Shown here: positions 1 to 13,345 of the stretch, one piece after another | How positions within the stretch are numbered: the stretch's first letter is position 1 | How the letters are laid out: every line of letters starts with the position of its first letter | Assembly (NCBI RefSeq): GCF_009914755.1 | Contig: NC_060926.1 | Source: the human T2T-CHM13v2.0 reference genome, Homo sapiens | Direction: 5' to 3' (one strand) | DNA: 64,000 nucleotides | The notes under the pieces: generated by a model | What the model saw: only the letters and a program-made list of their open reading frames with translations | The model's database searches: none | What the model was told of the DNA's origin: nothing | Made by a program: the position numbers and the translations under genes

Positions 1-25
1 AATTTATCAGAAGGACCTTGTGTGA

Positions 26-146
26 TTGTCCAAGGCAGAATATACGATTTTCAAAGAATGAAAATCCACTCAAAGTAGCCCCATAACAAGGCTGTATCAG
101 AAGTCAGCTCTCAAGGCATCCGAGAAAATGGTGATCAGACCTGAGG
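26..146 (+). repeat. Diverged local direct repeat, copy 1 (copy 2 at 1328-1449)
   Basis: Both copies share the blocks ttgtccaaggcag, aaatccactcaaa, ctgtatcagaag, tctcaagg and agaaaatggtgatcagacc in the same order. Confidence 0.85.
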
Positions 147-150
147 CCTT

Positions 151-973
151 ATCTATTAATTAGCTATTGCGGCATATCAAACAATTACAAAACTCAGTGT
201 CTATAACAACAATTATTAAGTTGCTTATGAGTTTGTGGGTTTGGTGGGGTTTGATTGATTGACTTTGAGCTCTGCTGAGCAGCTCTACTTCAAGCTGCAG
301 TGGCTGGAGTGACTAATTCTCCCTGTGGTCTGTCAGGTGATAGCACTAGTTCTGTTCCAGGTGTCTTTCATACTTCTTCAACCAACAGACTACCTGAGGC
401 ATGCCTTTTTTTCTTTTTTTTTTTTTTTGGAGTCGGAGTCTCGCTCTGTCAGCCAGACTAGAGTACAGTGGTGAGAGATCGCGGCTCACTGCAACCTCTG
501 CCTCCCAGGTTCAGGCGATTCTCCTGCCTCAGCCTCCTGAATAGCTGGGACTACAGGCGCCTGCCACCACGCCCAGCTAATTTTTGTATTTTTAGTAGAG
601 ACAAGGTTTCACCATATTGGCCAGGCTGGTCTCGAACTCCTGACCTTGTGATCCACCCACCTCGGCCTCTCAAAGTGCTGGAATTACAGGCATGAGCCAC
701 AGCGCCTGGCCGGCATGCTCTTCTTATTGCAGTAGCAGAGGCACTGAAGGGCAAGCAGAAATATTCAAGGCCATTTAAAGCCTTAATTCAAAACTGGCAT
801 ACTGTCAGTTCTATCTCATTCTATTGGCCAAAGCAAGTTAAATGGCCAAACCCAAAATCTAGGAGAAGGGAAATATATCCCGCTCTTTTAGTAGGAGGAA
901 TTGCAAAGTTACATGGCAAAGGATTTGGATAGAGAGAGATGTAGAATCAGGGCCAATAAGGCAGTCTACCATA
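151..973 (-). mobile_element. MLT1G/H-like MaLR solo LTR interrupted by an Alu
   Basis: Starts tctattaattagctattgc (reverse complement of an MLT1 3' end). Contains cattctattggccaaagcaag and gaattgcaaagttacatggcaaagg, typical of MLT1G/H. Boundaries are approximate. Confidence 0.7.
406..711 (-). mobile_element. AluS (Sg-like) SINE
   Basis: Poly-T followed by a full reverse Alu dimer ending gcctggcc. ggcatgc occurs on both sides (398-404, 712-718) as a TSD. Confidence 0.95.
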
Positions 974-1327
974 TGTGACCACCTGCCCAGTTCCAGAAAC
1001 CTCAGTAGCCTTAAGAGCAGTAGCAGCGATACTTGAATCTTTATTCTGGCATCACAATTATCTCGACTCAGCCACAAGCTTGCATAATTTTCTGTATCAC
1101 TTAGATCAAATTTCCAAAACAAAGAATCTTACTGAACAAGCTTGGTTTTTGCATTTCTTTGGGGTCAATGGAGCTCCCTGGTTTGATCACGGGGCAATTC
1201 TCTTAAAGAAGGGTGTAAGCAGAGAGGCAGCAATCACATACATACCCAGGATAGTTTTCTTTGTGTTGTCATCGTTTTCTGTTGGTTCCTCGTCACCTGG
1301 TTTCTCCAGCTGGCAACTTCTCCTTGG

Positions 1328-1449
1328 TTGTCCAAGGCAGGAAATATGTTTTCAAGGAATGGAAATCCACTCAAACTAGCTCCGTAAAAGTCTGTATCAG
1401 AAGGATTCAGATCTCAAGGTGTTCAAGAAAATGGTGATCAGACCCAGGG
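1328..1449 (+). repeat. Diverged local direct repeat, copy 2 (copy 1 at 26-146)
   Basis: Collinear match to 26-146 at an offset of ~1302 bp. Confidence 0.85.
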
Positions 1450-4400
1450 TTGTGCACATCTTTTCCAAGACTTCCATATTCATAGAAATTGGTTCACTTT
1501 CCCGTGTTTTCTTATTATTGACCACCTGACCAAGGCCAGAAAATGATCTAACCTTGGCTTCAAACACATCTTAATGCTCTTTGTGAGATAAATTATGTCT
1601 TTGGCTACTCACTGATCTCTGATTCTGATCACAGATCAGGCCCTGATCTCAGCTTACTACTTACCTCATTAATGAGCACCATTAGTCTTACAGTAGACAG
1701 AGAAGCAGTATAGATGGCTTATCTCAGCTTCCTCCCTCCCCTAGACATACAATCAGAAATAAGTAGGTGGTGGGACAGTGACACCATCTTTCCTTGCATC
1801 ATTTCTTTGAAGGAGAAAATTTTTCCATCTTAAACTTGCATAATATACACATTACTTATAGAAAGCCTACAATCCAAAAGAAAAATGAGTCAGAATTACA
1901 AATAAAAAAGAAAAAAAAAATTCCTAATACAGTGTTTCTGCTGTTGTTCAAATGTGAAACCACCCATAAAATACAGAGAACATTTGAATGTGTTGATGGA
2001 GGGTGGAAATTATCTATCAAATAAGTTGGCAGAATTCATTTCAATCTATTGTCATTATCTTGAAGGAAATGGTACCATTTCAGTTGACAATTTGCAGAAT
2101 GAGCAATGAGACGCTGGTCCTATTTAAGGCATGATTTTCCTTATAGGAAGACACTGAGGAGACAGCAGAGAAACCCTATGTGTGAGCCTCCCTCTGCCTG
2201 AGCCAATTATGGAAAACACAGACATAACCTAATGTCTAAGTACTATGAACATGATATATTGTTATTTTGTTCAAGGGCCCTGAGGCAAAAGAAAAATCAA
2301 AATAATTTTTACAATAGCACCTGTTTGAAAATAAGCAATTTATTCCATCCTTATAAAATATTTATGGATTTCAAATGGATGTCCTTGAATAAGGCCATTT
2401 CATTCCTTTTCTCCAGTGAGGATAGGTTAGAGAAAACTCTAGATGTATTTCCTGTTAATTTAATACAGACCCAAACCTTTTTGTGAAAAAGCAGCCACCC
2501 AATAACTTTATTTACTAAACTTTATTCTTAATGATTCTGCTTTAGTAGTTGTACAAGAAATAGCCCATGCATCGCTTCACCTATTGAATAAAGAGGAATC
2601 ACTTCTATGCAATAAAATAATTTGATTTCCATCGAGAAAATGTATTTCAAAAAACCCAAGAGATTGAGGAAACTATTACTTTTTATTACCCATATCATAA
2701 TGTTCATCTTAATTACTGCTAAAGCAGGTTCACAGATGCAGTCTAATTGAATGTATAACTTTTTAATTGAAAAATGGGAAAGTATGAAATTCGAGTTCTA
2801 ACCATAGATCTGACTAAAGTCAGATCCTTTCGTTCAATAAGCTTTCCTGATAGAACTGAGGCTCTTAGAAATGTACCAATTCTCAGGTATCAACAATGCA
2901 CAAATCAAATATTCTGGAATGTGGAGCAATTAGTCAGTGTTGTATCATCTATTACAACAAGATTTAGAACCAGGTCAAAGTGACAGGACATCGAATAATG
3001 TGGCAAACCAGTTGAGATTACTTTTGACTCTGCTCCTGACATTTTGACCTATCAAGAGGTCAAATGTCAGGCAAGAGGTTTTATATTTTAAATATCAAAT
3101 AAGAGATAGGGTTCTCACATACTTTATTTGGATAGACCAACTATCACTCTGTCTTCGTGAGCTCCAGTGAGAGACTTCTCTGTATTTCACTATCTTCCAG
3201 GCCTCCATTAGAAGGCTGCCTCACGGGAAAGCAAGCTTTTAGCACACTTAGGCCAGCAAGACCATTACCTTGGGCCCATTCAAATTCTGCTTCTTCACAA
3301 GAAAAAGCATCAGGAAAGTGAGTTCAGTTGTGCCTCCATTCCCCTTCATCCTGAAAAATAGTAACACTTCCTAGGGGTCTATCCAAATTGCTTTGAAAAT
3401 AATGAGCATCATTGACAGTCTCTGGGCCCTTAGTTCTATCCCTTATAGTCCAAAGCCTAAACCTTCTGTCTATACCTAAAAACAGCAAATAATGAGCCAT
3501 CTCTTTGGTAGCCTATACTTTTAGCCATTCTAGTACAGGTTGAGGAAAAGAACCTTCTAGGAATATTACTGCATTACTGCTATATCTTTCATCTGTAATT
3601 AAATGGTATTTCCTACATCTGTTTTTCTTTTTCCATATGAAATTCCTTGATGGTCCCCTAATGCACTACAATAAAACATGCAATGGCTAAGTTTACTGAC
3701 GGGGTTATCTAAAATTCTCCAGAATTTTTCAAAAATTATTTATAATAGAATGCTTATGTTTTAGATTACTGTTCTCTAAAGTATGCATATGAACATGTAA
3801 CTTTATTCAGACATTCCATTTTGCCAAAACATCAATTAGTCTGACTCATCAAATACCCTTTTTATATTCTGTATCATGTATTTGATATGTTTCTATTTAT
3901 GCACCAGAGAATACCACTCGACTTCCACTGAAAACAGCCTCTGAATACATAGACGGTAATCATATGCTTAGACAGCAAAGGAAGCCTTTCATGACTATTT
4001 TTAATGTATCTATACCACTTCAGATGTCTTTTTGGAAACCAGCTGCAGAATCAATGTGTTCAAATGGTATCATTCAGTCACTGCCATGTATTAGCGCTCT
4101 TTAATTTCTTAAAGGCCAGGTTCTCTGCTTATACCAAGGCAGAAGGAGTAATATGACTTTAAGGGTGTGGGTGATAATTCAAGTATGATTGTATTAGCAT
4201 AAAAGAACATAAGCTGCTTTTCCTGAATGCAAACATGGTCCCTAAACCAAGGATGTAAATTAGTATTACAATGAAAGCCGCCAGAAGGACAGAAGCTTGG
4301 AAGTGTTCTCTTCTCCGAGCAGCAGGAGACTGTTCAGGTCCTGCTGTTTTGAAAACCTTTCTCCCCCCCATGCAGGCTGCCCTGCTAAGAGAAATCCATT

Positions 4401-5700
4401 TGAATATTTTGGCAATCACAGAGGCCCCCACATAAATTATGGATACAGAAATGCATAAGACAGTCTAACAAATGGAACACGGTGGAATCTGTTTTTCTGC
4501 CGCCATATGGTGTCGACAGAATGCCACTTTGTTTCTCTGGGAAACAGCTCACCATTAAAAAATAAATAGCATCTTTTCTGTGGGGAGAGAACCCACAGTC
4601 ATTATTTTGAAAAATAACAAACAGGAAACTCTGTCCTTTCATTTTACAATCTTTTTTTTTTTCTTATATTATTATTGCCACACACATAGACTTTTTTCCC
4701 AGGAAGATTTGTGATGGCTTGTACTTTGTTGATACATGGGAACTCAACACCATGTTTTCCTGACTGGGGAGCTAAGTCCAAGCACAATATACACCAAGAA
4801 AAATCAGGACACTTCATTATGGATCTTCTTTCCTTTGGAAAACTATCCTTTCAAACTGACATACGGATTTTACTTATAGTTAGATTTCATGATTGTAGAT
4901 ATAATGCATATAAACCATCTTGGTTTATGAAAAGTTTAACAACATCCAAATTGAATTAGGATGCCATTTTATTTATAGAATAAAGTTATTACTGGAATTA
5001 ATTCTATAATGTATTTGATAATTTACCCTCTCTCAGACCTGGGGAAATCTTTTACCACATTCCATAATTAAATGTAATGCAAAACTTGTCCATGTCTTTC
5101 TTCCTCCTACAGCCTTTCTCTGGGGTTTTATTCTTTTTCCTTCAAAAATATCTTTCTTATCATTATCTATGTCATTAGACTGCTGAAAATTTATATCTGC
5201 AATGCTATCTGTACACAAATCATAGTATTTTTAAATCAACAGAAATCCCTAAGTATTTTTACAAATACTGCTTTATTTGATGTTTGTGCAAACAGCACTG
5301 AGATATGGGTAAAAGAAGTTATCATCCCTTCCTTGCAAACAAAGAAATAGAGGAGATTAAATAAACAACCTACACGTTAGTACCAGAGTTTGTCCCAGGT
5401 CTTTTGACTTCCCAGATGAAGACTTTTTCTTCAACACTCTCTTAGCTGAGATGGACAGACATAAGAAGACCTTCACAGTTATTGCTTATCTTCCATTGTT
5501 CCTTCAGTGATGGTCTCTGACCATATGGCTATATTGGTCTTATTATTGAGAACATGTCATCTACCTATTTCCTCACATATCAGGCAAATATTTCAAAATA
5601 CAAGTAAGTAAATGGCTTTGAAAAGTCAGTCGTTACAGACCAAAAGAAAAGCATACATCTATAAAGGTTACATTGTGTTTCAAAAGAAATTGTTTTTTGA

Positions 5701-6094
<394 letters not shown>

Positions 6095-7103
6095 CTACTT
6101 TTCATGGTATGTTAGCACAATGTTGTCCTAAAATAAGCAATAATTTTATAATATGTTGTTCTTTTGAGAGAGAAGACTAAGAAATGTTCACTGACATTAG
6201 GTAAATGAGGAGAGCACAAAATTCCATCTTCCTGGGGACCAGAAAGCAAGAATATAAAAGATGTGTTCCCTTTTCTCCCCCAAGGTGTCAACACTAAATT
6301 CTTTTCTGCAATATAACATTGAGTCTCTGCCAATTGAAAGAGTCCTCACAGCCTCATCTGATTGAATTCATTTCTTTCACTCCTAAAGAAAGCTTTTTCA
6401 AAAATATAAACTGATCTCAGGGTATATATGTTACTTCATTTCTTTTATTCTACTATTTCATCTTTGTCCTTTAAGACTTTCTCAATTCATACATGAGATG
6501 GGGATATTACAAATTAAGAAGCAGAAAAATATTTCATATCTGCCAAGTTCCAAGGCATATGCTTTGTTCCTTGTTACTGGAAACAGTGTTCTCAAGAAAT
6601 TACATACAACTTGGCAGATAATTCTACAATGTTGTTGACAGCTTGTCAATAGTGGATACCGATGGCTCTGTGGCATCAAGTATATAGCAAGCCAAAGATC
6701 TCGTAATATGGAGCATGCACCACAAGTAAAGACTTCAACATGAAAACAAAGCAGCCAATCTATTGTAACATTTGGTGTTGTTTTAAGGTTGCTCATTCTT
6801 AATGCTATGGCTGATAGCTTGTACAAATCACTTGTAAGATACCCTCCCTGACAGGAAATGGAAAAAATGGAACACAGCTTTAGATGCTGTACCTGATGGA
6901 GAGTGAGGAAAGAACATATTTTGTGTTGTTATTAATTGAAGGCTAGTCACCAAACACCTGCATCTAGCACTGTAGGATTTTAAGCATGAGTTCCAGATCT
7001 AGAGGAAAACAGTTACGGGAAAAGATACAAGTGACATGGTCTAGAAAGAAGCCTGACTATATCACTTAAGGTTACAGTAACTATACGTAATTGAAAAAAA
7101 AAA

Positions 7104-7233
7104 AAATTAGTTCCTCTTTTGCAGTAGCCACATTTCAAGTACTCAATAGCCACATGTATCTAGTGGCTACTGTATTGGCCATTGCAGATATAGACTATTC
7201 CCAACGTCACTTAGTGTTCTATTGGACAGCACT
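7104..7233 (-). mobile_element. MER3 (hAT-Charlie) DNA transposon fragment
   Basis: tagccacatttcaagtactcaatagccacatg...tagtggctac...ttctattggacagcact matches the MER3 terminal region. Confidence 0.85.
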
Positions 7234-7689
7234 AGTACATTGAGTAAAACATTTCTGCATGATTCTTTCATTTATTCAACAATCCCCTTTATTAAGTGTA
7301 AGCTTTTCAAGGGAAACATCGTGCAAATCAGAGAGATTTAGTTTGCAAACCAGAGGTCTCACTTCGCTCCTAATTTGCTGTACAACCTTAGGAACTCTTG
7401 CTGTTAGTTTCCTGCCTAGGAAAACAGAGGCCACAATGACAGTGACCATATGGGGCTGCTGCAAAGATATTCTAGAAGAAACAAGCCTAAGGTGCTCAGT
7501 TAGGTGGTTTAGTTATAGTAATTGTCATGCTAACTAGATTGTGTCCATATATTTAGTTCTGTGAAACAATTGCTGAATCATCTTTTACTATGTCAGAAAA
7601 GGGTTCTACGTTTCTTCTTGAGTTGCTAACAACAACCATAAAAATGAATGTTCATTGGATATTTAATAAAAGCTAGATGCATATATTTC

Positions 7690-8115
7690 CAGATTTAAGC
7701 TCTGTATTTGCTACATACTTCCCAGTAAGTTGTATACCTGTGGAGCAATTATTGCACCTTACTCACCCTCATTTTCCTAATACGTAAACTGAAGATGATA
7801 ATAGTCCTTATGAGGATTAAATTAATATGGCACACAAAGTTCTAGGATAGTAGCAAAACACATCAGGACTCATTAAAAGGTAGCCATTTCTACTTACCAT
7901 TTTCCAGGCACTTTGATGAATACTTTACATCTATTTTCTTATGTTAACTCCTAATACAACCCAAAAGATCAATTTTACAACTAGCTTCATAAATAGAGAG
8001 AAAGCCAAGACTTGAAGAAGTTAAGAAATTTCACCAATTTCACGCAGGAGAAAAGAGTGGAGCCAGGATTTGACCCACGCATTCTACTCTGAAAACCTGA
8101 GCAAATAACCTTAGA
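7690..8115. mobile_element. Two old MIR SINEs, tail to tail (+ ~7690-7890, - ~7890-8115)
   Basis: MIR core and 3' motifs gatgataatagt...tgaggattaaa on +; ccaggcact...gtggagccaggatttgaccc in reverse orientation. Confidence 0.65.
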
Positions 8116-9199
8116 CCATGGCACCGGCCTTGTGGGCTTATTACAGGGATTTTATGGGATAATGCAGGTAAAGTATGTAATGCACATATTTGTAGGGATT
8201 ATGTTATTGTTATGCTTAGGCTCATTAAGTAATACTTTTCAGTTTGGTGGTAATTTTAATGTTTTGAGGTGAGGGGATGGTTATAGAGTTATTAAAGTGG
8301 AGGTTGTAGCTAACGCTTTTACAGAGCATTTTAGAGCTGTCTAATAATGTATCTTTTATGGTCAATGTGCCATTCCTCCTCTCAAGTTTCTTTGTGCTTA
8401 AAAATAATAATAGCAATAAGCAACTCTATGCAAAGAAACCAGAAAGCAAGTGCTAGATAAAAGAGAAGCAATGACAATATAGTTCTTTTGAAAACACGAG
8501 CAGTCCTTTACAAGTCTAAAATGAAATGGAAGATGATATAGGTGTATTGGGAGCTGTCCTGAGAAATGGTACTGAAGTAACAGTTTTGAACTTCGAAAAC
8601 TACACCCAGCCACGGTTGGGCAAACTCCCTGCTGATCTGGCATGGAATAACATCAAAGGAAATGCATGGCAGACCACAATTTTCCAGCATGTTGTTCCAG
8701 CCTGAAGCAGCCTGTTAATATTAGCATAAAGCAACATAAGTCATTTTTGAAGGCACAGTGGGGGAGATAGTGTTTTTTATTGCTCCTTTTCAGAAATGTG
8801 TTAAACTACAACTCCCGATACGTAAGCTGACTATTTCTATACCAAATAACACCTGACCTATGAAAAGGCAAACTCTTTAGGAACCAAATTCAAATCAAAG
8901 AAGCCTTCATTTTAGCTACAGAAGAAAAATAAAAGGCGGCGATAAAAGATCATTTGGAAATTTGGGTTGAGGCCAACAGATTGTTATGGTGACAGAGGAT
9001 AAATGGCCTTTTTGCAATATGTGCCATTTTTCCTACAGCAAGAAGAGTGAATGAATCTAATTTCAGAATCTTTCCAAGCAGTATACAATGAGATTTAAGA
9101 AAAAAAAAAAAGCATGGATTTCTAAATAATTTTGATAGTGCTTACCTAAAGGCAGAAAAGAGCCATTAGTATATATAATGATGTTACCAGGATTTTAAA

Positions 9200-9620
9200 A
9201 AACAAATGTGATTGGTTAGAACAATAGGTCAAAACAAACTAGCTGGATTTTAACAAAAATCTAAGTTAATTCTGTACAAAATTTTAATTTTTCAAATTCT
9301 CTTGGGAGATATGTTTCAGCAAAAACTCATGTGGAAAATGAAACAAAAGGCTTATCAGCCCATAAACTAAATATAGGTCTACATTGTGATGCTGCATGAC
9401 AAAATTTGATGCAATCTTAACCTGTGTTAACAGAGGTAGACTATCCAAGTCATGGGAGGTGATGGTTAGTATATATTCTGTGCTGTAGAGATATAATCGA
9501 GAGTTCAGGCAGTTTTTGCACGGGTAGGAGAGAATATTAGGATGATGAGAGGATGCTTGCCTCCAAAAGAAGTTATGTGAGCAAGGTCAGGGAACCTGGG
9601 GAATTTGAGCTCAGCAAGAA
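9200..9620 (+). mobile_element. L3/CR1 LINE fragment
   Basis: tgtgatgctgcatgacaaaatttgatgcaatcttaacctgtgttaacagaggtagactatccaagtcatgggaggtgatgg resembles the CR1/L3 ORF2 3' region. Confidence 0.6.
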
Positions 9621-11698
9621 ATGCCCAAGAGTAGAAGCAATTATATCAATTTCATAATAATAATTCTATTTAAAGGCACTTTTTGTTTTGTTGCAATCTC
9701 AAGCTGAGTACAGCATGCCCTGGATCACTGTCTGACATGTCTACCTTCTGAAATTGTACAATCCAGCTAAGTCTGACCTATATTTGAGCCAATTTTTTTC
9801 CTCCTTGTATTGTTACAATTAGCCTACTGAAATCTCTTGTGAGCTTCCCAAGACCAGGGATCCTGTCTTGTTTGGCTCTATATTTCCCACAGCAAATGAG
9901 ACTAACTCCAGGAAACACTCAGTGACTATTTGTTGATTTCCCCCTAACATGTCACTTTTTCGCTCTTAGGTTAAACACTGTTCACAATCTGGAGGAGATC
10001 TCTCTCTCTAACTTAGCTCTTACTCCTGATCTTCCATATGGGCCATCAAGACTCTGTATCATTAGCAACCTCTAAAATGTCTTAATTGGAGAAGTTAGGC
10101 ATTTTTTATGAGGGTGCATAGAGTTCAACTGAGTTTCCATACTCCAGTATCTACATTTCAAAATCCAAAAGAGGACATAAAAAGGCTTTGGGTTACAAAA
10201 AGCTATAACTTAATTGGCAACACCTGCAGAGAGCAGGTGATAAATGTATGAAGAGGCTGAGGGGTATCTCCAGTCTTTTGCTGTTGTCATTTCATATGCA
10301 CACATTCCTATAGAGCAGTACATCACTAACTGTTCAAGTAAAACCTGTTCGGGAGAAGGGAAAATATCAAATAGAAAAAGATATTCTAATATCAACAGCA
10401 CTTTCAGAAATGCAGTTGAAGTTCTTAATAAAAACTATTTCATCTCTTTCCTTTTTTCCCATCACAATCTAAGTTATTGAGGGTAGAAATTCAAATGAAC
10501 ATATCTTACCAAAATATTTATTCAAATAGGAATGTTAGTGATTTTCAGATGCTTGCTGGCAGAGCGGAAACAGAAAGATAAACGGCTTTTTTACCCTATT
10601 CAAGAGTTATTGTTATCTTCTAGGCTGTGATGTTCCCTCATTATCCAGGGGTACACAAATCCAGGCAGTGCATAATTTGGGAACCAAAAGTAAAATAGTA
10701 AAACATTTTTCAAGATGCTTTCACCATTTCACCACTTTTAAAAAAGGAATTTCAATGCAGGAAAAAAGTATACCTCATATTGGCTCTTCCCAGGCATTAA
10801 AATTCCACGCACAAAACTATGTGCACTGCTTCTCCACAGGATGCTACCAACACTTTGCAAAGAGCAGGCTGGAGTCCCACCCAGTCCATTTAACTCCTAC
10901 TTTCTGGGGCAATGCTAGTGTTGCCAAAGTTCATCACCAAATTTTACATATTGTCAAACTGAGGCCCAAGGATTCAAGGCAACCATACTGTTTCTCAGAC
11001 TCATCTGGCAAGAGTTATGAAATAAATGTCTTCCAGTCTTCTTAGCAATGGAAAAAATAATTACCTAAGCTGTTTACTTCCATTTTAATCAGTCAGCCAA
11101 TCAAGTCTGAAATGAGAGCTTGCTCAATTATGCTATCAGCCTTGTGCTTAGCTCTGCCATGAAGAACCAAGAGAGTAGAGTGCAGTTTTGCCCTCTAGGA
11201 AGCCTGACTTAGACACACCTGAGACAATTAGAGAACAATACAGGATAAGATGCAATTAAGTGAGAAAACGTTAAGTAGAATGATTGTAAGTGCTTTAAAG
11301 GGCTCAAAGGTGTAGCTCCAGCAGGGGGGAAATGTTGTAAAGAAAGGGTCCTTTATCTCTCTGTCTTGTTTTCGCCCTTTCTACCTCTTCCTCACTGCAT
11401 TTTTCAGGATTGACAGAAAGAAGCTGCTTCAGGCACCGCCCCTGAGGTAGAGCTGCCACTTTCATCTCCTGTTCTTTTCCTATTGACCATGTGGCTCTGT
11501 CAGCTGATATTCTTGTTACAACCTGAAATCCCCTTCCACTGGCCCATTTCAAACACCCCTCATGACTGTTTTAATACCTCCCTGGGCTGATTCCCTCTTC
11601 ACCCCTTCCACATTTCCTTCCTATGCATTTCCAGAGTCCGCTTCTTCTTGAATGTGACGGGCGTGCATCTACTCTCTTCTTAACAAAACTGTGGGGTC

Positions 11699-11758
11699 TT
11701 TAGACATCTATAATTGCTAAACACCCACATGGGTGTTTAGCAATTATAGATGTCTAAA
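11699..11758. repeat. Perfect palindrome: 29-bp arms, 2-nt spacer
   Basis: tttagacatctataattgctaaacaccca-ca-tgggtgtttagcaattatagatgtctaaa; I checked all 29 pairs and found no mismatch. Confidence 0.98.
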
Positions 11759-11852
11759 AATGAAAGGATATTTTAGTAGTCCTCAGGATGGTCTCAGGGT
11801 TATGATATGACAGATTTCTCCAATAATACAAAATCAGACACTATGAGATGAG

Positions 11853-11990
11853 GCTGACCACAAGCTGCAATAGACAGAAGGTTGGTCTCCAATGAAGCTG
11901 TCTGTTTAGACTTGTTGGCTTATTCAATAAAACATCTTCAGTCACCCATGTTTCTGTCCCCCTCTTTCAATGGCTACTAGTAGCTAAGCT
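11853..11990 (+). repeat. Diverged local direct repeat, copy 1 (copy 2 at 13186-13345)
   Basis: Shared caagctgcaata, exact 20-mer tgtctgtttagacttgttgg (11899-11918 = 13246-13265), tattcaa, aaacatct, tcagtca, ttctgt.cccctctt. Confidence 0.9.
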
Positions 11991-12549
11991 TCAAGAAGAA
12001 CCTTACAACATAATGTGCTTATCTTAGTACATATAGAAAACCTGAATGCTTCATACTAGACTGACACTTGCAGAATAAAAATAAATTTTTTTTAATCTTT
12101 GAAGAACCATTTTTCTCACTCTCAAATTATTTCTTCCTGTTCACACTCTTCATTGGGCCACACACCAGTCAATGACCCTCATACCATCCTCATTATTACA
12201 GAGCCCTTGAATACAAGATTCTTGCAAGGGAGAAGTTTTACAAAAGGGAAATAAAAAGAATTATTATTTCAACCTGACACTTTTTTCTGCCTTTATTTCT
12301 TCCAAACTAATATGTCAAACTAATTCAATTTATTGTGTCCATTTTTCTCCAGCAGACCTGAAGTAAATGAATGTGCTCTATATAATCTGGAAGGCAATGC
12401 AAATACACAGTCAAACTATTTCAGGGCTATAATATAGCCAGGGACAGAAAATTTTAATTCAAAAGTTAACGATTCATATATCACTTGTTATCTTCACATG
12501 TCAACACTTCAGACAGCCTATTTTAATATTTGGTATTTTTTCATACTTT

Positions 12550-13080
12550 ATCTTGTAAAAAGAATTTTATCCCTTTCTCACTGTATTCCTCAATGTGGAA
12601 AAAAAGGTCAGACAAGAGTTTTAAATTTTCGACATGGAGGATGATAACAACGGTTTCTAGTGACAACAAAAGTTCCTACCCTTATAGGAAAGCAGTGATT
12701 TTTTCTTGGGCCACAGCAGCAAGGAATCACCAGAACCAACTTTAAATCCACCCTAATTGATTAGTAACAACTTTGCATGGTTCACCATGTTCCCAAAAGC
12801 CAACCAATCAGTTACAGCCCAATATTTCTGAAAATCAGCGAGTGAGTAACAATGATTTTTAAGTAACCACACTTTCACAGCTAAAGGTCAACCAATATCT
12901 AAACACCCTCGCTTTTGAAATTCTGTCAATCCCTCAACTCCAGGATCCTTGAACCCCTACACATTAGGCCTCTGCTTTGCTCAGAGTGAGCGGGCTTACA
13001 AGCCAAGTTCTCCTTCACTTAGCAAGCAATAAATTGCTGTCTTTGTTTGAGATAAGAAGTGATGGCCTCTTTCACTTAAA
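12550..13080 (+). mobile_element. Probable ancient ERV-type solo LTR (family not assigned)
   Basis: Several CCAAT boxes, then agcaagcaataaa (polyA signal) and a U5-like end. The layout is LTR-like but the boundaries are uncertain. Confidence 0.4.
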
Positions 13081-13185
13081 CTAGTTTGATATCTCACTGA
13101 TACATCACTGACACACTGTATTTAGAGATTCATTTACCTATTTATTTCAAATAGAATATAAAGTAGTTAAATATTATTAAGCCAA

Positions 13186-13345
13186 CTGATGGCCCAAGCT
13201 GCAATATGAACAGTGGTGGTCTACAGTTCAGTAAGCCAATAAAGTTGTCTGTTTAGACTTGTTGGTCTATTCAAATGAAACATCTCCGTCAGTCATCTAT
13301 GCTTCTGTTCCCCTCTTCCAACAGCTGATAATATGTAGGCTTTGA
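13186..13345 (+). repeat. Diverged local direct repeat, copy 2 (copy 1 at 11853-11990)
   Basis: Collinear match at an offset of ~1334-1347 bp, with one small indel. Confidence 0.9.
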
